A stretch of 64,000 bases of DNA from Candidatus Dormiibacterota bacterium (GTDB taxonomy: Bacteria; Chloroflexota; Dormibacteria; Aeolococcales; Aeolococcaceae). The stretch lies in the NCBI GenBank assembly GCA_963777285.1, contig CAVZPR010000002.1, positions 338,733-402,732 of the forward strand, written 5' to 3'. The position numbers and the translations under genes were made by a program. This document shows, one piece after another, positions 51,917 through 61,181 of the stretch. The notes under the pieces are model-generated. The model made no database searches. It was not told the DNA's origin and saw only the letters and a program-made list of their open reading frames with translations. Position 1 is the first letter of the stretch; each line of letters begins with the position of its first letter.

Positions 51917-52441
51917 GTGAAGGACGCTAACTCCCACCGGATGCTCCTCAGTTTTCCCGGCGCCGCTTCAGTGCGCCGCCGCGCGGGTGCGCCTCCCCCG
52001 GTGGTGACTGCACGGATTCTCCTCGGATGCCAGGGCGCCCTCCTGCTTTCTACGGCTCTCACCTTGTGGCTCTTCAGTACCACCGCGGCCATGATCGCCC
52101 CGGCGGCGCTTGCGGCGTCGCTCTACAACACGGTCAATCCCGGTGTCATGGCAATCATCGCCGCGTCAATTGTGGTTCCGGTCTTGCTCATAGCGTTTAC
52201 CTTTCGGCGTCGCCCCTGGCCCCCGCTCTCAATCCTCCTTATCGAGTCTTTGTATGTCGCTGTCGACATTGCGTCAGGGTTCGCAGGAGGCGTCGCTCCG
52301 CTAGCGAACGGAGCCGAAGGCGTAGCGCTGTTCCTCATGGCAGGACCGGTTGTACTGGCGGGTATGATCGTCGGCTTCCTGTGGGTGCCAACCGCTTCAC
52401 GGGGTTTCTGCCTCGACAACGCCGCCCGCAACGCCCCCTAA
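51917..52441 (+). CDS. hypothetical membrane protein (4 TM)
   Basis: Hydrophobic segments; island location. Confidence 0.4.
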   Translation: MKDANSHRMLLSFPGAASVRRRAGAPPPVVTARILLGCQGALLLSTALTLWLFSTTAAMIAPAALAASLYNTVNPGVMAIIAASIVVPVLLIAFTFRRRPWPPLSILLIESLYVAVDIASGFAGGVAPLANGAEGVALFLMAGPVVLAGMIVGFLWVPTASRGFCLDNAARNAP

Positions 52442-53409
52442 GACTTGCTAGCAGGAAAGGGACGTCTAACAAGACCGCGGCCTGGATGAGCTTGTTCTTC
52501 CTCCACGGCACCCTCGTTGCTCCTTCCTTACCGCTTCGTTCCACCTAGATCAAACGGCCTTCCTATCCTGGAATGGTGCGAATGCCTCCAGCGAAAAGCT
52601 GCTCTCCGCTCGTCCTGTTTTCGGTGCTCGTCGTGGCGACCGCATGTAGCTCGCCTTCGCGGTCGTCGGTGTCGTCAGGGCCTGCCGGCTTGCCACAGGT
52701 ACCGCTGAGTTCGCACCTTTGCTTGCCTGCCGAGGCCGGAACACGCGGTCCAACCCCTACACCTCAATTGCCGTCGGCTGAAGCTTGCCGCCCCCGGCCC
52801 GCCACGTCTGCGTCAGCCGTCCCTACGCCGCTTCCCTAGCTGCGAGCGGAAGCGTCGGGGGTGGTTTTCGAGTCCGCTGTCGGTTAGCGGCCCGCTCCCG
52901 CGACGGGTACACCCTGAGGAGCTTTCCGTCCGTCCCGTCATCCCCGAGATCGTGTTCATGCCAGAGCAGATAGACGCCCATCCGCTAAAGTTACCCCTCG
53001 GCTGTCCGTCAAGTGGGTATGGCGCACCCTGGCGTGGCCGAGCGGCTGGTCCCGTGCGGCCTTCAGGTCAGCAGCTGGTCGAGGAAATCGCGAAGAGTCG
53101 TCTCCAGTTCGGTCATCTCCTGATTAAGGACCCAACCCTTCCGAAACGTTCGCTTGGCGACTGGGAACTCGTACCAGTCGCAGTCGATCTCGATTCCAAT
53201 GCCGAGCGACCTCGAGGATGCCGTACTCCCGATGACGAAGTCTCAACTCGCAACGTCAAAACGCGATTGATACTCGCCCTGCAGTCGACCCGACAATTCC
53301 GACAACTCCTGCCGAGTGGGAAACCGCGGTCAACGCGTAACGCCCTCACCAGCCAATCCTCTCACGCGCCGATCCTGCTCGCCCCCCGTTCGGGCCACGT
53401 GTGCCGCCC

Positions 53410-53445
53410 GCGACGCTTGGGTCAGGGGTGATTAGCCGATGCCGG
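53410..53445 (+). repeat. island repeat copy B (GCGACGCTTGGGTCAGGGGTGATTAGCCGATGCCGG)
   Basis: Extended ~36-nt match to copies C and H. Confidence 0.6.
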
Positions 53446-53530
53446 CCTGTCCAGGGGTGACTGTGCTGAGCCCGAGGCGCTAAGTGCTGGGGAGGGCCCA
53501 CTGGCGTGCTTAGAGGTCTCTATGACCTGA

Positions 53531-54155
53531 TCAACCGAGTCTGAAGACTGCCGTCGCGGTCTCTACGTCTTGACCCAAACCACGAAATTCGACCGTGGCT
53601 GCGTAGTTGCCTGTGGCAGCACCGGTGGAGTCCCAAGTGCAGTCATACCTCATGGATGCACCTGGCGCCATGCGCTCATCGGAAGGAACAATGCCATCGA
53701 CTGTGCAGGCCTGTATTGGAGAGGCATCGGCGGCGGTAATGAGAAACGTAATCCTCGTAGGGGGCGAGCACCCTGATTCAGAGACGTTCGTAAGAACTCC
53801 GGTCATGCTCACCCGCTGGCCCGATGAGTAGATGCGCTGATCAAAGTTGAGCTCGGCACGAAGGTACGAGGGTGGACAGTTGGCGTAGCCACCCGGCGTC
53901 TCTACTGTCCCGGTGAGCGGAACGGCAGTCGGCGTTGGCGGCGCAGTCGCGGCTGCTGTGGGGGACGGCTCTACAGAGGCCGATATTGCCGGCGACGGGG
54001 GCACCGGAGGGAAGATGCGTCGAGGCGCCCGATCCGGGCGTCGACGAGTTGCAGGCGGCAACCGTGAAGCCAAGCACCGTGGCCACTCCCGTGATCGCCA
54101 CGCCAATCAAGCTCGCAATGAAACGAGAGCGCCACTGCGCGCTCGACGGTTTCAT
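53531..54155 (-). pseudogene. membrane-anchored beta-sandwich-domain protein, paralog of 57627..58226, frame disrupted between TM anchor and linker
   Basis: TM anchor FIASLIGVAITGVATVLGFTVAA in frame of ORF 53841..54155; P/A/T linker + conserved domain (CPPSY...YSSGQRVSMTGVLTN...YDCTWDSTGAATGNYAATVEF) in frame of ORF 53531..54106. Confidence 0.45.
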
Positions 54156-54294
54156 CCTCGAAGCTTACGCTGGCGGCGGTTTCGCGGATCACAACGCCAC
54201 TCGTCTCCGTCCCGCCAAGCTGAAGGCGCCGGGACAAACCACCAGCCGTCAAGTGGAAATTGGCGCATCCTCGCCTGTCCCGCGGTCGCCACCC

Positions 54295-54642
54295 TTACGT
54301 GCTGCCTCCGGAAACCGACCCCAGTGCCGAGAGGATCATCACCAGGTTGCCGGGAACGAGTAGGAACGCGAGAACTGCCACCGCGATAGGCCACCACGAG
54401 CGCATCGAGTGGCGTGCCCGTCTTACACGCCAGACAATCAACGAAGCACATGCAACCTGCGCGCCTCCCCACACGAACCCAACCACGAAAGGCCCCCACA
54501 GCCGTAGCGACATTGGCGCCCAGATCCCTACGACCACAACCACCGTCAGGGCCGAGATCAGCCAGAGCGCAGCAAGAGCGAAGATGGGAGCTTCCATAGC
54601 AAGGACCGACCAACGGGGCGGCCCTTTGACGCGTGGTTGCAT
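54295..54642 (-). CDS. hypothetical membrane protein (paralog of 60156..60636)
   Basis: MQPRVKGPPRW... 3-4 TM; ~70% identical to the 60.3-60.6 kb copy. Confidence 0.45.
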   Translation of the reverse strand: MQPRVKGPPRWSVLAMEAPIFALAALWLISALTVVVVVGIWAPMSLRLWGPFVVGFVWGGAQVACASLIVWRVRRARHSMRSWWPIAVAVLAFLLVPGNLVMILSALGSVSGGST

Positions 54643-54728
54643 TCCCCGAATCTCTGTGCTCTCCCTCGCGTCTGCCCGTGCCGTGCGGGCCTCGTTACCG
54701 GTCACCGGGCTCGCTGTGGGAGAACAAA

Positions 54729-54753
54729 GGTGATGCTTGGATGCTTGCCCGCG
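54729..54753 (+). repeat. island repeat copy I (GGTGATGCTTGGATGCTTGCCCGCG)
   Basis: Degenerate copy. Confidence 0.4.
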
Positions 54754-54952
54754 CCTGAAGGCAGTTCCCGTGCCCGCACGGACATGCGATCTCTTCGCAA
54801 GGTGTGGTCACCCACGGCCGTAGCTGGCGGGTCACCTGGTGCGGGACTTGAGGGGTTGGAGCCAGCCGCGTCGTCCTCGAGCTCGTAGCGAGCAGCGGCG
54901 AGTTGGCGGATTGTCGGCTCCTCGTTCACAGGTACGGGATGACGTCTACTGA

Positions 54953-54994
54953 GCGACCCTTGCTCAGGGGTGATTAGCGGATGCTCGCGTGCGG
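54953..54994 (+). repeat. island repeat copy C (GCGACCCTTGCTCAGGGGTGATTAGCGGATGCTCGCGTGCGG)
   Basis: Best copy; defines consensus. Confidence 0.6.
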
Positions 54995-55037
54995 CGTCTC
55001 GATGTGCGCCGGTGCCGGTTGGTAGGTGGACTTCGCC

Positions 55038-55442
55038 TCAGGACATGCGCCGGCGCCGTCTCCGTTTGCGACGGTGGGGCGGCTGGACTGCCCTGGTAGT
55101 CAGCGGCGATGCGTCTACAAGGCCGGCCGCCTCAAATGCACCCGGCTCCTCCATCCAGCTACGTGCCGGCCGCTCGTCGTTGTGATGGCGGCGCCGCTGG
55201 TCTTGCGCTAGTCGATGGCTGGCTTCGCGCCGCGCTTCCTCGGCTGGACTAACTATGAACTGTGGCAGGTAGGGCGGCTCGTCAGCCCCGGCGCCAATAG
55301 GCCCAACTCCGTCAGGGTATGGCCTGTTCGTCCCAATGGCGGGTTCTTTGTTGGGACGTCCCCTGAACCCATACCAGAACAGGCCGAGCAGGCAAGCCGT
55401 CAAGATCCCAATCGTCACCAGAATCGGTACCACGTCTGACAT
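55038..55442 (-). CDS. hypothetical membrane protein with basic C-terminal tail
   Basis: N-terminal TM VVPILVTIGILTACLLGLFWY; poly-Arg tail. Confidence 0.3.
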   Translation of the reverse strand: MSDVVPILVTIGILTACLLGLFWYGFRGRPNKEPAIGTNRPYPDGVGPIGAGADEPPYLPQFIVSPAEEARREASHRLAQDQRRRHHNDERPARSWMEEPGAFEAAGLVDASPLTTRAVQPPHRRKRRRRRRMS

Positions 55443-55511
55443 CGTTCCACTGACCGCCGGTGCTCGTCAAACGCCGTTTTCGGGGTAGGCCGCCCCTGCA
55501 CGTCGCGTAGA

Positions 55512-55530
55512 CACTGGCGGATGCTGGGGT
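55512..55530 (+). repeat. island repeat copy D (cactgGCGGATGCTGGGGT)
   Basis: Core-only copy, immediately upstream of the doc module. Confidence 0.4.
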
Positions 55531-55632
55531 GGGCGCCCGACGCTACCCCTCACCGACATCGCCCGATGCCTCGACGACTGCTCCCCACCGACCGTCACCG
55601 GGACGCGGGGGAAGCAGTAAAATCATCACGAC

Positions 55633-55806
55633 GTGATTCGCGATCTCCATCGCCAAGCGGCCCCGCGGCGAAGCGATGTCGCCACGGTGACATCCTCACA
55701 GCTCCGGAAGCGCGTAAGCGCCACGATCCGGCGGGTTGCGCGCGAGGACCGGAGCATATTGAAGGCGCTTGCCGCCTTCGACCGTGGCGAGCGCCCAGCC
55801 GACTGA
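55633..55806 (+). CDS. putative Phd/YefM-like antitoxin partner of Doc (tentative)
   Basis: Small ORF directly upstream of and overlapping doc; TVTSSQLRKRVSATIRRVAREDRS resembles antitoxin N-termini. Confidence 0.3.
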   Translation: MIRDLHRQAAPRRSDVATVTSSQLRKRVSATIRRVAREDRSILKALAAFDRGERPAD

Positions 55807-56209
55807 GCCGGTCTATTACCTGACGTCAGCGGACTTGGTGCGCTGCCATGCGGCGGCCCTGGAGATCGCGGAATCGACGGCGCGGCATCACGTGTTGCAC
55901 CGCGACGGGCTTCTTTCCGCCCTCGAGCGACCGCGCTGGCACGCTCATTACCGCAAGTCCGATCTGATCGACCAGGCGGCCGTACTCGCCGAGGGTCTGG
56001 TGGCCAGCCACGCATGGGTGGATGGGAACAAACGCACGACATGGGTGGCGGTGCGAACGTTTCTCGATGTGAACAGGCTTCGCTGGCTCAAGGCGCCGGA
56101 CGTCGTTGACGTTGTCGCGCAGCTGACCGGGCTGACCACGCGACGAATCAAGGGTCCAGAGTTTGCGACCTGGTTGCGCCCGCGGCTGCACTTAGCGGGG
56201 CGACGGTAG
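55784..56209 (+). CDS. Doc (death-on-curing) / Fic-family toxin
   Basis: Fic motif variant HAWVDGNKRTTWVAVRTFL (HxxxDGNKR); size ~140 aa. Confidence 0.65.
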   Translation: MASAQPTEPVYYLTSADLVRCHAAALEIAESTARHHVLHRDGLLSALERPRWHAHYRKSDLIDQAAVLAEGLVASHAWVDGNKRTTWVAVRTFLDVNRLRWLKAPDVVDVVAQLTGLTTRRIKGPEFATWLRPRLHLAGRR

Positions 56210-56674
56210 ATAAGCGTCGGCGTACATTCACGAATACTCGCCTGCCCGACCAGCGACTACGTCGGCGCTGATGCGCACGTTCGATGGCCGTTCGTCCTAT
56301 TCGCGCTGTGATCTGCGCTGGGTGTGAAATTGAAGGTGGCCCGGTAGTCGCCGTTTTCTGTGCGGTAGCCGGAGTTGCACTCGGTAGCCGTCAAACGCCA
56401 GTGTCCGTCACCATCGGCGCACCATGCGCACTAGCAGCCTGTTCGCCCAACATCGAGCAGGTGTCACCGGTGTCACGCTTCACCGCCAAGATCGGCACAT
56501 CCATGCCGCCGGCGCTTCGCGTGGCGCTGGAGTCGCGCTCTGACAACCCGGCGGCGGTGCTGCAACCGGGGCGTGGCCTGGCCCACCCGGCAGTGCAGTG
56601 GGCTGCTCGGCGACGCGTGCCATCTCAGCGCCATGCGCATTGCCCAACCCTGGCTGCGCGATTAGGGCGAGTGC

Positions 56675-57097
56675 GTGCCTCAGCTCGACGACATCGGAGC
56701 GGCCGAGAGGCGTTACCGTAGCTCGGTGGACCAGGAGCGGCGAAACTCGGGCCTTGCGCATGAACATGTCCGTCGGGCGCTGATCGAGAAGCGAGCCGAA
56801 CTGCTCGCGAAGGTGGAGCAGCTAGGTGCCCACGACCCCGCGGAGGCGTCGAATCTCAACTTCGGCAAGCGCATCGGCGACGGGACCAGCTATGCCGTGG
56901 AGCGCATGACCGGCGCGTACCACGCACGCACTCTGTACGAGACGGTCCGAGAGATCGAAAGCTCGCTCGTTCGCTTAGACGAGGGCACGTACGGGCTGTG
57001 CGCCTCATGCGGCAAGCCGATTCCCACGGCGCGCCTCGACTTGGTCCCGTGGGCAGCGCTCTGCGTCCCGTGCAGTGCGCCAGCACGCCGCCGATGA
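56675..57097 (+). CDS. TraR/DksA-family C4 zinc-finger protein
   Basis: C-terminal CASCGKPIPTARLDLVPWAALCVPC. Confidence 0.65.
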   Translation: MPQLDDIGAAERRYRSSVDQERRNSGLAHEHVRRALIEKRAELLAKVEQLGAHDPAEASNLNFGKRIGDGTSYAVERMTGAYHARTLYETVREIESSLVRLDEGTYGLCASCGKPIPTARLDLVPWAALCVPCSAPARRR

Positions 57098-57202
57098 GCC
57101 GCGCCGGCCGCTTCGGACGGCGGCGAAAGCCCGCGTGCTGCGAACTGCGCCCGCGAGGCTCCCGATGGCTCTGCGACGGCCGCGTCCCGGTTCGCTTGCC
57201 CG

Positions 57203-57228
57203 GAGGTGACTTGCGGATGCACGCGTGC
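57203..57228 (+). repeat. island repeat copy E (gaGGTGAcTTGCGGATGCACGCGTGC)
   Basis: Copy upstream of intact beta-sandwich paralog. Confidence 0.45.
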
Positions 57229-57626
57229 TCAGCGCCTCTCTGCTCGCGCGAGAATAACGATCCCGTGACACAGAGGCCCTAGGAGTGACCGCTGCGGAGG
57301 GAAACCCACCCGAGACCGTCGAGCGCACCGAGTCCCTTCGTCGCATCCTTGATCCGCTCCGTGCGCAGCTGGGGCAGATCCCTGGATGCAACAGCAACGG
57401 CATCGGATTGACCGCCGCCGCCTTCGTTCGACTAAGGTCGAGTGGCGGAGAGCCCGAAAGCGTCAGGCCCGACGACACGGTAATCACCGTGGGCTTCGAG
57501 ACCGAGGAGTACCTGGATGCGGGCCGCGCCCGCGTTGACGAGATCCTTGGTGACGTGCCTCACGAATGCAAGGTGAGTGGCCGAATCGTTCTCCTGTGAC
57601 CCCGCAGGTCGTGCTAACGTCGGCCC

Positions 57627-58226
57627 GTGCGCTGGCGCAAATGGGACAGGGCCGCGGTAGGACTCGGCGTGGTCGCGGCCGTGCTGGTAGTGATGTTGGT
57701 CGTCTTCGCGCGCGAGCACGCTCCTGCGACGACCGATGCTCACGCCACGGCAGCGGCGAACGCAGCTGCCGCGATCGCGGGTGCAGCGTCACCATCCGCC
57801 GTCCCTTCAGAGCCAGCCATGCCTTCGTCCACCCCGACGCGCTCGTCGGGTCCCGTTACTGTGAATGGATACGTCCTTTGCCCTGCGTCATACTTCAGCG
57901 CCACCCTCACTATTGGTCGGGCGAGCTACGCCTCTGGTCAAACGATAACCATGACGAGCGCTCTCACCAATTCGTCCACCACTTCTTGTTCCGGGCTGAC
58001 TGAATTCCGATTCCTGATCACGGTTTCCGCCGGCTCCCCACGCACTGCATGTTCAGAAGGGGGTCTGGTACCGCCTCACACGTATGTAGCTCCGGGCGCG
58101 TCGCAATCGTACGACTGCAGCTGGGATTCGACAGGAGCTCCAACCGGTCGATACACTGCCACCGTGCAATTCGTCGATCAGCAAGACGACACTGCGGACG
58201 CCACTGCTACGTTCGCCATCACCTGA
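57627..58226 (+). CDS. membrane-anchored beta-sandwich-domain protein (intact paralog of 53531..54155)
   Basis: TM AAVGLGVVAAVLVVMLVVFA, A/P-rich linker, domain CPASYFSATLTIGRASYASGQTITMTSALTN...YDCSWDSTGAPTGRYTATVQF. Confidence 0.5.
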   Translation: MRWRKWDRAAVGLGVVAAVLVVMLVVFAREHAPATTDAHATAAANAAAAIAGAASPSAVPSEPAMPSSTPTRSSGPVTVNGYVLCPASYFSATLTIGRASYASGQTITMTSALTNSSTTSCSGLTEFRFLITVSAGSPRTACSEGGLVPPHTYVAPGASQSYDCSWDSTGAPTGRYTATVQFVDQQDDTADATATFAIT

Positions 58227-58280
58227 GCCGGCACCGGCGACAGCCTTTCTCGACGGCCGATGACGTCGGCTATCGGTACA

Positions 58281-58300
58281 CTTGGGGATGCTCGCCTCGG
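58281..58300 (+). repeat. island repeat copy F (cttgGGGATGCTCGCCTCGG)
   Basis: Core-only copy, 3' of beta-sandwich paralog. Confidence 0.4.
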
Positions 58301-58409
58301 TGACAGGGCGAAGTCCGCAGGCCCATTCGGCTTTGCTCATCCTTGCTTGCGACGGTCGCTGGGTCGTCGCTGCGAGCAGTCTTGCCGAAGCCTATAAGCT
58401 CTCGCCTCG

Positions 58410-58640
58410 ATGACGAGCCATCCGGACAACCCGCCGGCGCCACCCGGCGGTGCATGCCTGGGATGCGGCGCGCCGGTGGTGAGCCTGGGCGTCGCGAACT
58501 TCCGCATCGGTGGAACGCGGGGTGGTGCAAAGCTTGTGTTCGGCGAACTGGCGGAGCTCGGTGAGGAAATGCTGACGATGGAGGTGCTGGCCTGCCGGGA
58601 GTGCTGGCGCGTCGAACTCCGGATCCCTCGCGACGCTTGA
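58410..58640 (+). CDS. small zinc-ribbon protein
   Basis: CLGCG...CRECW pairs; 76 aa. Confidence 0.35.
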   Translation: MTSHPDNPPAPPGGACLGCGAPVVSLGVANFRIGGTRGGAKLVFGELAELGEEMLTMEVLACRECWRVELRIPRDA

Positions 58641-58833
58641 TCTCTCAGTCGACGCCGTCGGGCGACGATTGCCTAAAGCGATCATTTGCAGCACCCGCCG
58701 ACTGCATTCGGGTCGAAGTCCCCGGGAATCACAGTGGCGCAACACCGCTACCGCAGCCCGCTGGACTCATCCCATCCCGCGGTCTTGGCATGCCCGCCCG
58801 TAACGACGCCACGCTTCCATCGTTCGATCGAAT

Positions 58834-59376
58834 GTGCAGGTACGCGTTGGACTGGCCGCTATTGGGCTCTCGGTCGTTCTTGCCGCCTGCGGAGGCCGTG
58901 GTGCCGCCGCAGGCGACCGGCTCAGCCCGTCTGCGACGCCTGTCCCCGCGACCGACTCGCCCGCGCCGAAGTCGTCAACACCGCCCACGTTCCCGCCATG
59001 CGCGCCCGTGGTAACCGCCACGCCAGGTCTCGATGACGGCAGCGTCCAGGTGGGCCCTGACTCTTGGGACGATTTTCAAACGTCGAATCAGTGGCGCGGG
59101 CCGATGAACGGATCGAACACGCGCTGGTACCACGTCTACGCGGGAATGACCGGCGACGCCGCGAACCCGCCACGTGTGCCGGCGGTTTGGGTCGACGTGA
59201 CAACGGTCACCCCTGATCGTTGCACCATCGACGTCAGGACGGTCGGCGACTTCACGGACCGCGACGCCGGTGGCGCCCTGAGGATCACGGCCGTTGACGG
59301 GTCGGTGGTCCACCTTCAGGCCACCTCAGGTCGCCGCCTCGCATTCGATCTTTCGACCGACCGGTTCACGGGCTGA
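58834..59376 (+). CDS. lipoprotein, unknown function
   Basis: Lipobox VVLAACGG; Pro/Thr-rich linker then folded domain. Confidence 0.5.
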   Translation: MQVRVGLAAIGLSVVLAACGGRGAAAGDRLSPSATPVPATDSPAPKSSTPPTFPPCAPVVTATPGLDDGSVQVGPDSWDDFQTSNQWRGPMNGSNTRWYHVYAGMTGDAANPPRVPAVWVDVTTVTPDRCTIDVRTVGDFTDRDAGGALRITAVDGSVVHLQATSGRRLAFDLSTDRFTG

Positions 59377-59418
59377 CCGACCGCCACGAAAAGGCGTGCG
59401 GATGGTGGTCTGCCGAAG

Positions 59419-59991
59419 TCACCCTTCGCCCGAGCCTCGTTTCGGCGGGTACGCGACTAACCTCAGCGCCTCTTGTGTTCGCTGTAGGTGTAACTCTGAC
59501 GGTTCGCTACCAGCAGCGATCGCCTGTTGGAACCGATCCGCCGAGGCTTCCAGCGACTGCTCCGCCCGGTAGCGGTGAAGCCATCCGAGAAAATGAGCAG
59601 CGGGCCCATACCCCGAGTCGGCAAGCGCCGACAGCGCAGCGTACCCGCTCTTCACGTCACCCGCCCTGATGCTGTCGAGTGCGCCTTGCATGTCGTCTTC
59701 GAGCTTCGGCGCCTCGGATCCGTAGCGATCCAGCCAGGCCATGAGAACGGCAGCCGGGCGCGATCCCCCTCCGGCGAGCGCCTCCAAGTGCGACCGCCCG
59801 CTCGCCAGATCGCCGCGGCGAACCTCAGCGAGGGCCTCACGGATCCCGTGGTCGACGGGCGTTTTCTCGACGTTTCCGGCCGAGCTCCGCAGCCGCTCAG
59901 CGGCTAGCCGCCATTCCTCGTCTACGGTGGTCAACTCTCGCACCTGGTCGCCGCATCCTAGCTGCACCTGATCCACCCGTCGAGTAGACAT
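59419..59991 (-). CDS. Sel1-like repeat protein
   Basis: Tandem repeats GDLASGRSHLEALAGGGSRPAAVLMAWLDRYG / GDVKSGYAALSALADSGYGPAAHFLGWLHRYR; ATG 59991. Confidence 0.5.
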   Translation of the reverse strand: MSTRRVDQVQLGCGDQVRELTTVDEEWRLAAERLRSSAGNVEKTPVDHGIREALAEVRRGDLASGRSHLEALAGGGSRPAAVLMAWLDRYGSEAPKLEDDMQGALDSIRAGDVKSGYAALSALADSGYGPAAHFLGWLHRYRAEQSLEASADRFQQAIAAGSEPSELHLQRTQEALRLVAYPPKRGSGEG

Positions 59992-60058
59992 TCGCGGACG
60001 CTGGCCTGGCCAAGACCCGTCGGCCCTGCGGGCGCAGGACTGAGCGGGGCGCGCTCTT

Positions 60059-60280
60059 TCAATGCAGGACCGCCGCAACGACAAGACCGGCGACAATGCC
60101 AATGACGCAGTAAGCGACTATGACCAGGTTGACGGCGTGGCGTATGCGGGCCCTCTCAGCCACCGACCGAGCTGGGTCCCGCCATGGGGCGTTCGGCCTG
60201 AGCCGCAGATAGAGGTAGCCCACGGTACCAACGACCACCGCCGCGAACGGACCCGAAGCCGCGATTAGGACGAAGCGCAC
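60059..60280 (-). CDS. small membrane protein (2 TM)
   Basis: 73 aa hydrophobic ORF. Confidence 0.3.
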   Translation of the reverse strand: MRFVLIAASGPFAAVVVGTVGYLYLRLRPNAPWRDPARSVAERARIRHAVNLVIVAYCVIGIVAGLVVAAVLH

Positions 60281-60636
60281 GCACGATCCTCGCGTTCGCC
60301 TCGATCGAGCGCCACCCGAGCGTCAAGACGATCATCATCAGATTGCCCGGGATAAGCAGAAACGCGAGAACCGCGACCGCCACTGGCCACCATGAGCGCA
60401 TGGGATGCAGTGCGCGTCGCAGTCGCCAGGCACAAACCCAGCGAACGCGATCTGCACGCCCCCCACACGAACCCAACCAAGAAAGGCCCCCAGACCCGTA
60501 GCACTACCGGCGCCCAGATCCCTTCGACTACAACCACCGTCAGTGCTGTCATCAGCCACAGCGCAGGAAGTGCGAAAACGGCTAATCCGGTAGCAACAGC
60601 CGACCAGGTGCGTGGTCCTTGGGCCCGCGGCTGCAT
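60156..60636 (-). pseudogene. frameshifted paralog of membrane protein 54295..54642
   Basis: N-part MQPRAQGPRTWSAVATGLAVFALPALWLMTALTVVVVEGIWAPVVLRVWGPFLVGFVWG in ORF 60265..60636; C-part HPMRSWWPVAVAVLAFLLIPGNLMMIVLTLG in ORF 60156..60476. Confidence 0.4.
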
Positions 60637-60715
60637 TCCCCAAATCTATGGCCGCTTCGTGCCCTGCCCCCTTTCCGTGCTGGCCTCGTTACCCGCCTGC
60701 GGGGTCGCTGTCGCT

Positions 60716-60738
60716 GGGGGTGATCGCGGATGCTGGCA
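60716..60738 (+). repeat. island repeat copy G (GGGGGTGATCGCGGATGCTGGCA)
   Basis: Copy. Confidence 0.5.
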
Positions 60739-60812
60739 CGGCCCAGAGCTCCGTCACATGGGCGCGACGGGGCCGCATCTTTGGGCGCACTCGCCAGCGT
60801 TAGCCTCGGCAG

Positions 60813-61181
60813 GTGCGCCGACAGACCGGGAGAGCGGCCCGACTGATTGCGCTGTCGGTCGTTACGATCTCAGCCATAGCCTGTGGATCGAGTCCAGAGC
60901 CATCGCGATCGACCGCGCGTTCTCTGCAATCTTTGCTTGACGGTTTAAGCGGGACTTGCGCGCAGGTCGGGACGCCCGTAGCGTCTCCGACACCATGCCC
61001 GCCTGTTGTACCGAGTGCTTCGGCGCAGTCCTCTCCTGGGATGCCGCCCCCGCGACACCCTTACGCTGAGATTGCGCCCTGCCAGGCCGGCCCTTCGGGG
61101 GTGATTGGCGGATGCTGGCCTCATCCACCGACCTCGCCCCGCGATCTACCCGAGCGTGTCGGCCTCCAACCGATCGAGTAA
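60813..61181 (+). CDS. small lipoprotein; C-terminal region encoded by a copy of the island repeat
   Basis: Lipobox ISAIACGSS; Cys/Pro-rich C-half ...APCQAGPSGVIGGCWPHPP. Confidence 0.4.
   Translation: MRRQTGRAARLIALSVVTISAIACGSSPEPSRSTARSLQSLLDGLSGTCAQVGTPVASPTPCPPVVPSASAQSSPGMPPPRHPYAEIAPCQAGPSGVIGGCWPHPPTSPRDLPERVGLQPIE
61052..61120 (+). repeat. island repeat copy H (GCGACACCCTT...CGGGGGTGATTGGCGGATGCTGGCC, with internal insertion)
   Basis: Last copy at island 3' edge; extended left arm GCGACaCCCTT matches B and C. Confidence 0.5.

Noticed and set aside
55521-55823. 100-aa ORF starting at island repeat copy D
   Set aside because: Translation (His/Arg/Pro-rich) looks non-protein-like; region better explained by short antitoxin-like ORF in another frame plus doc
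51817-61120. Island repeats as integron attC sites or CRISPR repeats
   Set aside because: No intI-like integrase or cas genes; repeats lack attC inverted-repeat architecture; spacing irregular (0.2-2.4 kb); repeats are not palindromic
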